From NCBI RefSeq assembly GCF_003918875.1, contig NW_025767048.1:620001-684000 (forward strand): a DNA stretch of 64,000 nt, given 5' to 3'. This stretch comes from Haliotis rubra. Taxonomy: Eukaryota. A model generated the notes under the pieces. It was given only the letters and a program-made list of their open reading frames with translations, made no database searches and was not told where the DNA came from. Position numbers and translations under genes: made by a program. Each line of letters begins with the position of its first letter. Within the stretch, counting starts at the first letter, position 1. This document shows, piece after piece, positions 34,201-43,404 of this stretch.

Positions 34201-34290
34201 CCAGGTCTGACCTTGCTGGCCGAGGAGGACTTCAATGTCGCAGATGAGGGAAGACTTGACAGTAACCCTGACAGTGACAGGAAGTCATGA
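22194..34290 (+). CDS. Vitelline-envelope ZP-domain protein (VEZP-like), 9 coding exons, 350 aa
   Basis: Exons 22194-22235, 23513-23573, 25268-25449, 26932-27092, 27533-27687, 28422-28518, 29702-29855, 30370-30466, 34187-34290 sum to 1053 nt with matching phases and no internal stop. Signal peptide, ZP-N (C...TDL...C...C...YTMTCTY), ZP-C (VSCEA...RSGCGDG...GF...SPYF...CNFTLC..C....SC), furin site RLRR. Specific paralogue not identifiable. Confidence 0.9.
23013..23169 (+). mobile_element. SINE family B, full length
   Basis: A box tagcctaatgg, B box ggttcgaatcc; 14-bp TSD tgtacaacttatta. A more decayed copy lies at 22537-22655. Confidence 0.9.
23513..23573 (+). CDS. ZP gene coding exon 2 (STAYSQMPPEAQVPKDYIVD)
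   Basis: ctaat branch-like site, tgtgcag|TCC...GATG|gtaggt, phase 0 to 1; completes the signal peptide. Confidence 0.8.
24037..24303 (+). mobile_element. Family C, subfamily with duplicated hairpin
   Basis: Flanking direct repeat tctattgcggaataa; internal duplication tgcttgccacaaaaggcgacta. Confidence 0.9.
24890..25130 (+). mobile_element. Family C, full length
   Basis: Complete head, body and tail. Further copies at ~22787-22920(-), 26600-26745, 27738-27960, 31510-31680, 32740-32880(-). Confidence 0.88.
25268..25449 (+). CDS. ZP gene coding exon 3 (ZP-N)
   Basis: ttttag|TT...CCG|gtaagt; VKQECGKEG...TDLTVFIQLECKGGNLYNFTS...KRCVYP. Confidence 0.92.
25760..25925 (-). mobile_element. SINE family B, full length
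   Basis: TSD ccgaatgacgcctaaga at 25743-25759 and 25924-25940. Confidence 0.9.
26063..26237. mobile_element. Possible hAT-type MITE remnant
   Basis: Imperfect termini caggtgcggatac / ggatccgcctatg with G-rich and C-rich subterminal tracts; no clear TSD. Confidence 0.35.
26932..27092 (+). CDS. ZP gene coding exon 4 (end of ZP-N, linker)
   Basis: tttacag|AAA...CA|gtgagt; KRHDLRLYCVKV...YTMTCTYDENG. Confidence 0.92.
27533..27687 (+). CDS. ZP gene coding exon 5 (start of ZP-C), probable GC donor
   Basis: gttacag|G...ACTG|gcaagt; YHAPKG...VTILLTDIRGVPL...TVCLKV. Confidence 0.88.
28422..28518 (+). CDS. ZP gene coding exon 6
   Basis: catccag|GT...GG|gtgagt; LFPVSCEAIGATTGQRHAFIRSG. Confidence 0.92.
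28690..29046 (+). mobile_element. SINE family A, full length
   Basis: tRNA-like head, (CACCT)n tail, TSD tatcgcaatat. Confidence 0.9.
29702..29855 (+). CDS. ZP gene coding exon 7
   Basis: ttgcag|A...AAG|gtacgt; CGDGIIINKTTGF...SPYFKFFAL...MCNFTLCSNCVGK. Confidence 0.93.
30001..30226. repeat. GC/CpG-rich 31-bp minisatellite, ~7 copies, in a ZP intron
   Basis: Unit ccagtagcccgcgaggaggcggacgacgtga; central copies identical. Confidence 0.95.
30370..30466 (+). CDS. ZP gene coding exon 8 (last Cys, furin site)
   Basis: tttcag|AAC...CCAG|gtaaac; NSCSGAAAKPRSIFKLFGKWIEAGNRLRREAP. Confidence 0.88.
31742..31900 (-). mobile_element. 3' fragment of family D SINE with (TTA)n tail
   Basis: Reverse complement matches 16020-16135 (tgccgttgagactgaca...gcgctatataaata). 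Confidence 0.75.
32198..32356 (+). mobile_element. SINE family B
   Basis: Full-length match flanked by gtttgttagg repeats; decayed copies at 33055-33200, 33686-33800(-), 33995-34090. Confidence 0.85.
33826..33985. mobile_element. Palindromic MITE-like element
   Basis: Outer inverted repeat cgtagccctacgaac / gttcgtagggctacg and an inner ~68-bp near-perfect palindrome centred on gaacgttc. Confidence 0.6.
34187..34290 (+). CDS. ZP gene probable last exon (acidic propeptide)
   Basis: cttatttcag|CT phase 1; ENAYPGLTLLAEEDFNVADEGRLDSNPDSDRKS-stop; ATTAAA at ~34304. Confidence 0.65.
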
Positions 34291-34477
34291 GAAAACCACT
34301 GCCATTAAAAAGATAAAGCCAGTTTCAGTCTCTTGTGTTGTTTCACATGTCTTTCTTCTCGAGAAATTATGTTTTATGTGCACCGAGGAGCCCCCATAGT
34401 CAGATGTCTAACCGATAGTGTCTACCGGATAGGTGTTGCGTGTTAGAACAGTCCCCAGCAACCCCTATTGCGGAATA

Positions 34478-34746
34478 AGACCCGTGAAGATCCGGGGTAG
34501 AATAGGTCTTCAGCAACCCATGCTTGCCACAAAGGCGACTATGCCTGTCGTAAAAGGCGACTAACGGGATCGGGTGGTCAGGCTCGCTGACTTGGTTGAC
34601 ACATGTCAACGGTTCCCAATTGTGTAGTTCGATGCTCATGCTGTTGGTCACAGGATTGTCGGGTCCAGGATAGATTATGTACAGACGGCCGCCATGAAGC
34701 TGGAATAATGCTGAGTGCGGCGTAAAACTAAACTGACTCGCTCACT
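34478..34746 (+). mobile_element. Family C (duplicated-hairpin subfamily) nested in an older C copy (34435-34965)
   Basis: Same diagnostic duplication as 24037; flanks are the head and body of another C copy. Confidence 0.85.
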
Positions 34747-35399
34747 TAATAATGCGCAGGTTCGCTGACCTGGTTTACACATATCATCGGTTCTCAAATA
34801 CGTAGATCGATGCTGATCACATGATTGTCGGGTTCAGGCTAGATTATTTACAGACCGCCACCATAGCTAGACTTACTTACAGACCGCCACCATTATAGCA
34901 TGGGATATTGCATATAGCTGGGATTGCTGAGTGCGACGTAACACTAAACTCACTCACTCACTCACTAATGTGGCATAATGGTTTCAGTGGTCAGACTGAC
35001 CGACATAACGGCATGTGGCGTTGCTCATGACATCAGTCACTGGATTATCTTGTCCAAACTAGAATATTTTCAGGTTTGTCATTCAGCTGGGCTTTTTCCG
35101 AGTGCAGTCTTGCCAAGTGAAATAGCAGCTAGTGTATCCATTTGGCGGGTACATGGGACTGAAGGTCGTTCGTTGGTTCGAATCCCAGATTCTGCCCAGT
35201 TATATAGCCCATCAGGTTAAAAATACACCTGGGCTTCATGATACATGTTCTCGGATGGGGTATCCTAGTGGTTAAAGCGTTAAACCCGGGTTCGATTCCC
35301 CACATGGGTCGCACATCATTGGTCGGAATGTATATCTAGGGTAAAGTGTCACCACTTATTTCCAAGATGGCGTCACAGTGGGTATAACTGCATATTGCG

Positions 35400-35760
35400 A
35401 GGCGGTGGGGTACCCTAGTGGTTAAAGCGTTCGCTCGTCACGCCGAAGACTTGGGTTCGATTCCCCACATGGGTACACTGTGTGAAGCCCATTTCTGGTG
35501 TTCCCCGCCGTAATATTGCTGGAATATTGCTAAAAGCGGCATACAAGCATATCTGGTGTATGCAACAAGACACCTCCAGCTAGTCTAATAGTCCTTTCTG
35601 GTCCGTGTGGGGTAGTCTAGTGGTTAATGCGTTTGCTCGCCACGCCGAAGACTTGGGTTCGATTCCCCACATGGGTACACTGTGTGAAGCCCATTTCTGG
35701 TGTTCCCCGCCGTGATGTTGCTGGAATATTGCTAGAAGCGGCGTAAAACCAAACTCACTC
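35400..35760 (+). mobile_element. Two family B SINEs (35400-35545, 35603-35760)
   Basis: Match to family B consensus. Confidence 0.88.
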
Positions 35761-37254
35761 AATTCTGGTCCGTGTAGATTTCATGTCCGCGTACCCAGGT
35801 GCCACAGATCGTATCTCATCCCGCCAGTCACCGGTTTAACTGATCCAGGCTCGATCACTGTCAGCCTTATTATACAAATGAAGCAATACCGGGTTCAACA
35901 TTTAACACCATCTTTTGATAGTCCTTAATTTAGGGTTCAAGAACAATTCTTCACCTGAATATAGTTTTTATTGAAGGGGACATTCAGAGTAAGTAAAGGC
36001 ATTATGACGGATCAGAAGGTTACATATGTAAAGTGTTAACATCGTTGTCTTGGGCTAAGAGTTAAGTCAGGTACAAAATAGTTTGTCCAGGCAAACAATT
36101 TCTCTGAAAGAAAATAAACACTTCTGGAACAAAATTCTTCGAAAACGGAAAGAAAAGAAAGTTACTTGCTAACTAAAATATCCTCGACTCCTGTGTCCCT
36201 CGTTTCTTCGTTTCTCCCACATTCAACCGACACGCCGAAATATGACGAATATTTTTCAAGATAGACCCATTCACACTAAGATGCACACGTGCAAGCCATA
36301 GATCTTTAAGATATTTTTCATATCTACTTGATAAACAAACGCTTGTCTTTGATGCTTAAATTGTCCTGCACCCAATGTACAAAGTTAACTGGCACTTTGA
36401 CAAAAACACACCCTTTGAAATAATCACGATAAAATTCCATCGCCTTTTATATTAACATGCATTCCCTTATTTTAACAATGGAAGACAGGGTGGATTATTC
36501 GGGCTGAATCAAAAGACATTAAACGACCATTTGCACATCACATGTGATAGCATATCGACGGACCCAGTACCGTGTCGGAGAGTGTTGTCTTACTCACATA
36601 TATCAATGTAAGTATCTTGAGATGAGAGAAAACAAACCGAGATATTCCGATAGAACAAAGCCGAGATATCCGATAGAACAAAGCCGAGATATTCCGATAT
36701 ACACCTCGCCTGAAGCCGGAGACCTAGGGCTTTATATGCACTTAGCTTACTCTGTCGGTACCGGTACAGTCCTACCCAAAACTGGCATTGCTTTCATTAC
36801 TAATTTCTATTGGTAAATGTCCCCGTATCGGTGGGATATAAGTGTATTTGTTTGATCGTAATGGACATTTAGTCAATGCATCCACAGACATGTCTCCGCT
36901 TAGAATTCTCTCTTGAGGAGGGTACTAGGAAATATCAGATATGAAGTGATCGATGCATTAACATTTTTGATATGTCATTTACTTTGTACCCGAAAATACA
37001 TCTCAGTGGTATATATGGGTCGTTCTAATTTCATACTTGAAACAAATCGCAATCATGGTTCAGTAAATACGATTATTCCAAGCATTATTTGATTTGTATG
37101 CAACTCGAGTTTTGCTAGGGATATTCTGAATGTACTTGTAGGGGCTAAAGGTGACTGGCTCAATAGTCAAATTAGTGTTATTCAATATTGACAAGGGCCT
37201 TGTTCAACGAACGGGTTTTGACATTACTTTGGTCGTTTTGGGGTTTTTGGTCTG

Positions 37255-37600
37255 TTTAACGCCGCAATATTCAAGCTTTATGACGACTGTATGTAAATAA
37301 TTGTGTCTGGAGCAGACAATCCGGTGACTGACCCAATGAGCATCAATCTGCGCAATTGGGATACGATAACATGTTAACGAGCCTGATCACCCGATCTCGT
37401 TTGTCACCTTTTACGACAAACATGGGTTGTGGAAGGCCAATTCTTACCCAATTGGTTGACACATGTCATCGGTTCCTAATTGCGCAGATCGATGCTCATG
37501 CTGTTAATCACTGGATTGTCTGGTCCAGACTCGATTATTTACAGACCGCCGCCATATAGCTGGAATATTGCCGAGTGCGGAGTAAAACTAAACTCACTTA
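37255..37600. mobile_element. Two 5'-truncated family C copies joined head-to-head (37255-37450 -, 37452-37600 +)
   Basis: Match to family C in opposite orientations. Confidence 0.75.
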
Positions 37601-37690
37601 CTACATGCCATGTTGCGGATCCGCAAACCTTTGCAGATTTGCGTCACTCTGGCACGCCAGAAACCCGTCATTGTGGGTTCGAATCGCGGT

Positions 37691-37987
37691 GACCGTTTCC
37701 TTGATGTAGTGGTTAGAAAGACGTTAAAATATGGTACTTGTGGGTCCCTGACTGACGTTCGGCATTGATGGGTATAACAAGGACTGTTCGGCTTGGAGTC
37801 AATATTATGTGTCTGAGTGGGGAATTGATGCTTCACTGTGGCATGGTATCTAAATGAGCTAGCACGCTATAACCATCTTAAGTCTGGGCTAGTACAAGCA
37901 ACCACACATACACACGCATGCACGTCGTCATATGAGCAAAATAATCTGAAGAACAGCGTTAAAACCAATTTCACCTCACCTCACCTC
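37691..37987 (+). mobile_element. SINE family A, diverged, B-box region deleted
   Basis: Aligns to the 28690 copy with many substitutions and a ~55-bp deletion in the head. Confidence 0.85.
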
Positions 37988-38337
37988 ATACGCCCAGTGG
38001 AATCTGTCTCCGTCGAGTCTGGTTATTCCCTGGCGTTGTTATTTTGAATTATACATGCATACAGGTTTAGAACATAATTGCTCGGGAAGTAGGGTTTCTG
38101 GACAAACGATGTCTTTCGAATTCCACAGCATTTTTTACTGGACAAAAGCATTTACATAAACCGTGCGTTAAAATATCGTATAATAATAAAATATTCGTTC
38201 TAAAGGTACCAGAATAAATTGATACATGGCGTCATTTCTTTACACATGCATAGACAATGTATGAATTTAGAATAAATAGATAATTTGTGTGTGTGAAGGT
38301 CAACAATCGATTATTTGGGTAAACGTGGCTGATCATC
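37988..38337 (+). repeat. Left arm of ~350-bp inverted duplication (partner 42614-42963)
   Basis: Reverse complement matches the partner with only scattered substitutions. Confidence 0.93.
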
Positions 38338-39101
38338 TATAGTCTCTACTCAGACACTATGTACTGCTATTCGACTTACTGCATAAATGCATTCCCTCTT
38401 ACAAGTGTACTTCCGTTGTACTGCCACCACATGCGAATGGTCTCCGACTGTCAAGACACCATAATCTCTCAACTGGCAATCTAACAGAAAACTCTCAAAG
38501 ACAATGTGGATTCTTTCTTCGTCTGAATGTATATTTTCATATAATTGTCGACTTTGTGGTCGTAAATACGGGAGGTGTTACAGGGTTGTGAAATCTTTAC
38601 GCCAGATGTCACGTCGAAGATCCGGGGTCGATTCCCCGCGTGAGTACAATATGTGACGCCCATTTCTTGTGTCCCCCGCCGATATATCACTGGAATATTG
38701 CTAACAGCTGCGTAAAAAACATAGTCACTCACTCGCTGTATGTCGGACAAGTCTTTATACTAACATCGGATGGCCACAACGTCGACAGTGACATCTCGTA
38801 CCATACCCTAGCTTATCCCCGCTCAGCTAATTCGCAGCTTCATTGTAGTATTGCTGATTACGGAAAGAGTTTTTTTATTCAGTGTTAAGCGGTTTTCTAT
38901 CGCAATAAATAATGTTTTTAAATACTCATGAAAAGCTCGAAGTTGTCACCCTTAAACGTGACAGGATCCGCTCCGATTATGATTCTTTTTCATGAAGCCC
39001 ACACGCCGTGATATAACTAAAATATTATTTGAAAGGCGTTAGTTCCCCACTCACTATTGGATAAATGTTCTGATTGTCTACCACTCTTTGAATGAGACTT
39101 A

Positions 39102-39262
39102 GGGCGGTGGGGTAGCCTAGTGGTTAAAGCGTTCGCTCGTCACGCCGAAGACCCGGGTTCGATTCCCCACATGGGTACAATGTGTGAAGCCCATTTCTGG
39201 TGTCCCCGCCGTGATATTGCTGGAATACTGTTAAAAGTGGCGTATAAACTAAACTAAACTCA
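39102..39262 (+). mobile_element. SINE family B
   Basis: Full-length match; imperfect TSD ttgaatg(a/t)gact. Decayed copy at 38610-38735. Confidence 0.88.
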
Positions 39263-41149
39263 TTGAATGTGACTAAAATTATCATCAAGATGAATACCTA
39301 AATTTTCAAAATATGTATTAATATAGTGCACAAGTTGATCTACGTTCTACTTCATAAATCTACGAAATCATATTTTCATTTCACCAACTTATCATCAAAA
39401 CGTTCGCAGAGTGGTACGGATTACACATAAATACACACTACTTTTCAGTATAATGCAATGAGCAAAACGGCAATATATATTCCCTTTGATCTTTAATGAC
39501 AAACTCCACATCACTGTACGGTAGTTACCTCCCTGTGCCCAGTGCCAAGCCCTATGTTACACTAAGCGGGCGACACCCCACCCCCATTCAGATGTGCGGA
39601 TTGATAGCGGAATTAAGTTTTAACTCAAACCCTCATTGATCTACTCTCGTTGATCTCGCAATTTCGCGGATTTTTTTATTATTTTTTTTTTTGCATCAGC
39701 ATAATGAAATTTAAGCTTGCTAGACATAAAAGTCCAAATCATAATTTTTGAAGGAAGTTTGGTGAAGCAGGTTTGGTGTCGATCAGGGCCAGGTGTTTGT
39801 TTTTCGTTTATATGTTGTTTTAATCAAAGGGTTTCCAAAATCAAAGATGGCGGCCTCGGGCAAGATCATGTTGCGATTGCCAATTTATCACTTTATGTTT
39901 ACACCGAATTGTTGGTAAAACCAGTAGAAGATTCTTTGATGTAGCGTAAACATTATGTTAATGTTATTAACTACGAAGTTGTTTAATGTTGTGGTACCAG
40001 GTTTGCACATATTAAACAAACTAAATATTCGGAAGATAAAGTATCTGCGTAGTAAAGAAATCTAAAAATAAGATCCCCTTTTTATTCTATGGTAATACTT
40101 CCAATTATAATATCAATGTAGTTCTGGTTTTGTTGCAGTCTAAATCGTTCAGTATTTGTTATATTGTTTATTACCCTACCGTTATGATCAGATTTACCAC
40201 CTTCTAATAGGCGAAGCATCTGTCATACAAACAGTTCAAACAAACATCACACTTCAGTACAACACGTTCAATATTATTTTGCTTTTATTTCATAGGTGAC
40301 AAAATATACGGTGTGAGGTTCTGTCAGTTATACATTAAAAGCCGGAATTGTTCGTTTGATCCCCCCAGCGGGATATAGCATTATTAATGTACGCCACTAA
40401 ATAAAATTGTCTTTATCGTACCCCTTTCCTTATCTACGTTTTCACTGAGCCGTAGGCGCGAGTAAAACCGCATCCCGCGAAGCAATATCAGCATGGCGAG
40501 AAAATAGATATCAATTGCAATGTGTTCGGGATTACTTCCCTATTTAACCCTTTCAACGTTGCCGAAAGGCGACAAGCACCTAGCGATCAACTCCCATAAA
40601 GTGTCCTATCTATATTGTGTTAAACAGCCGTAGGGCCGATGTATCAATTAACATCTGACTTTCCGATCCTTTGCGCATCCTAACCACACAACTGCCGTAC
40701 GAGGTGGTGCGCGCGCAAGTCACGTGATGTGGCGCAACGTACAATTTGTACCACGCTTACGGCCGCCTCGGGCGGCATAGGCATAAAACGAGCGGTATCA
40801 CTTGTCAATTTCATGGTTGTAAGAACATATGTTCAACTGGAGATTTATTGGCGATAGTTATCATTGAAATCGGACAAAGTGGCTCCCATTAATGATAAAA
40901 GCTCTCGTAACGTCATATGAAACTTCATCCTGGTGACATTTAATGGTTCACTGTCTAAGAATGACGGTCATGTTTATATAGATTTAGTCACCGTGAGGAA
41001 AAAGGAGAAGTCAAGGTGTAATAAGAAAGGATATACAAATACAACTGATATATTAACAGCTTATGTCACAAACAATCTGTATTTCATAAAGAAAATAGTT
41101 TTTAATGATCCGCCCGCGGACACGCACGCACGGACGCACACACGCACGC

Positions 41150-41942
41150 ATCTATTTCCTCATCAATACTGGTGCACCACAAGGCTGTGTAATATCTCCT
41201 GTTCTTTTCACCCTCTACACTAATGATTGTGCAAGCTCGAATTCAACCTGTTCAACTGTAAAGTTCGCAGATGATGCAGTAATTGTCGGCAAACTGAATG
41301 ACACTGATTCTGAAGAACTGTATAAAGAGGACATTAATAATTTTACGACTTGGTGTGCAGAAAACCACTTACTCTGAAATGTCACAAAAACAAAGGGACT
41401 GATAATTGACTTTCGGAGTAAACCCACAGAAATGCTTCCAGTGATAATCAACGGTGAATGTGTTGAGACAGTGTCGGAATATAAGTATCTGGGAACCTTC
41501 ATTGACTCTAAGCTGAACTGGAACTCTAACACTGAAGCCCAATACAAAAAGTGTCAACAACGTCTTCATCTCACGCGTAAACTGAGATCTTTTAATGTTA
41601 ACCCATCTGTGATGTCATCTTTTTATGTAGCATTTTAACATTTTCCTTCCATTGTTGGTACGGGTCTCTCTCAGTTCATCTCAAATCTAAAATAGACAAA
41701 ATTGTTAACACTGCAAGTAAAGTCGCTGGAGTCAGATTTGAATGTTTATCATCAATATATGAGCGGCAAATCGTGAATCAAGCTGTCAAAATCATATCTG
41801 ACCGTACTCACTACTTAAATTCGGAATACAACCTCCTCCCTTCAGGCCGCCGCTACAAAGTCCCAATTGTGAAAACTAAGAGAGCCCTTACATCCTTTAT
41901 TCCAAGTACCATATCTCACTTAAACAAATGTGAAGATACCTA
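41150..41942 (+). mobile_element. 5'-truncated LINE, RT C-terminal part (Rex1/Babar-like)
   Basis: TGAPQGCVISPVLFTLYTNDC, KFADD, KTKGLIIDFR, YKYLG, QQRLHLTRKLRSF, LLPSGRRY motifs with stops. Confidence 0.88.
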
Positions 41943-42011
41943 AATCAAAGCATTTATGTAAATATGTTTGGTATCTCTCTAATGTGTCAGTAGCTCTGCA
42001 GATGTAGCACA

Positions 42012-42148
42012 NNNNNNNNNNNNNNNNNNNNNNNNNNNNNNNNNNNNNNNNNNNNNNNNNNNNNNNNNNNNNNNNNNNNNNNNNNNNNNNNNNNNNNNNN
42101 NNNNNNNNNNNNNNNNNNNNNNNNNNNNNNNNNNNNNNNNNNNNNNNN
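42012..42148. other. Assembly gap (137 N)
   Basis: Run of n. Confidence 0.99.
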
Positions 42149-42613
42149 CATCATAACATCCTTGATCATAATATCAGTTATGTGTCCCCCGTCGTGATAT
42201 TGCTGGAATATTGCTAAAAGCGGCGTAAAACTAAACTCACTCATTCACTCACATTTTTTCCCAAGCAGCTGTCAAAAAGATGGAAAATTGTCTAGAGCGA
42301 CGTTAAACAGCAAACAAACATAAAAAACATCGAGTATTTTACCCTTATACTCAAGCCCCAAATACTCGTCACATACGTTTATACCCTTTTTGACATAAAA
42401 AGGTTTATACCCATGTTTGAAGGAAGATAAAATCAAACAATAAACGCTTATTCGAAGATGAAGTGTTTGATACGCTTTTTCGGACTTCACCTTTGCTCAG
42501 CTTCAGCCAAGTTACGTTTTGTAACGATTTTAATTTTCAAGCGCATACTTTATTTAGACGGCAATTCAGTATGAATGAATACGGTTTTTAAAATAAATAT
42601 CCGGAATTAATAG

Positions 42614-42963
42614 GATGATCAGCCACGTTTACCCAAATAATCGATTGTTGACCTTCACACACACAAATTATCTATTTATTCTAAATTCATACATTGCCTA
42701 TGCATGTGTAAAGAAATGACGCCATGTATCACTTTATTCTGGTACCTTTAGAACGAATATTTTATTATTATACGATATTTTAACGCACGGTTTATGTAAA
42801 TGCTTTTGTCCAGTAAATAATGCCGTGGAATTCAAAAGACATCGTTTGTCCAGAAACCCTACTTCCCGGGCAATTATGTTCTAAACCTTTATGCATGTAT
42901 AATTCAAAATATCAACGCCAGGGAATAACCAGACTCGACAGAGACAGATTCCACTGGGCGTAT
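42614..42963 (-). repeat. Right arm of ~350-bp inverted duplication (partner 37988-38337)
   Basis: Reverse complement of 37988-38337. Confidence 0.93.
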
Positions 42964-43404
42964 ATGAGGTGAGTGAGGTGAGGTGAGGTGAGGTGAGGTG
43001 AGGTGAAATTGGGTTTAACGTCGTGCTTGAGAATATTTCGCTCATATGACGACGTGCATGCGTGTGTATGTGTATGTGCGGCTGCTTCTACTAGCCCAGA
43101 CTTAAGCTGGTTTTATAGTGCTAGCCCACTGAGATACCATGCCGCAGTGAAGCATGAATAGCGCCTTGAGCATGCACTAGTGCGTGGATATGTGCGCTAT
43201 ATAAATATCCTATAATAATACCCCACTCAGACACATTATACTGACTCCGAGCCGACCAGTCCTTGTTGTACCCATTAATGCCGAGCGCCAGGCAGGGACC
43301 AACAAGTACCATATTTTAACGTCTTTTGGTATGACGCGGTCGGGGCTCGAACCCGCGACCTTCCGCTCTCCGGGCGGACGCTCTAACCACTACACCACGG
43401 AGGC
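42964..43404 (-). mobile_element. SINE family A with a nested 60-bp family D tail (43161-43220)
   Basis: Matches the 28690 copy; gggcgtat repeated on both sides; the insert gcgccttgag...tataataata duplicates aata. Confidence 0.88.

Noticed and set aside
39102-39175. tRNA-Asp(GTC) gene (also other family B and A heads)
   Set aside because: A/B boxes present but no proper acceptor stem; always followed by the same SINE body, tail and TSD.
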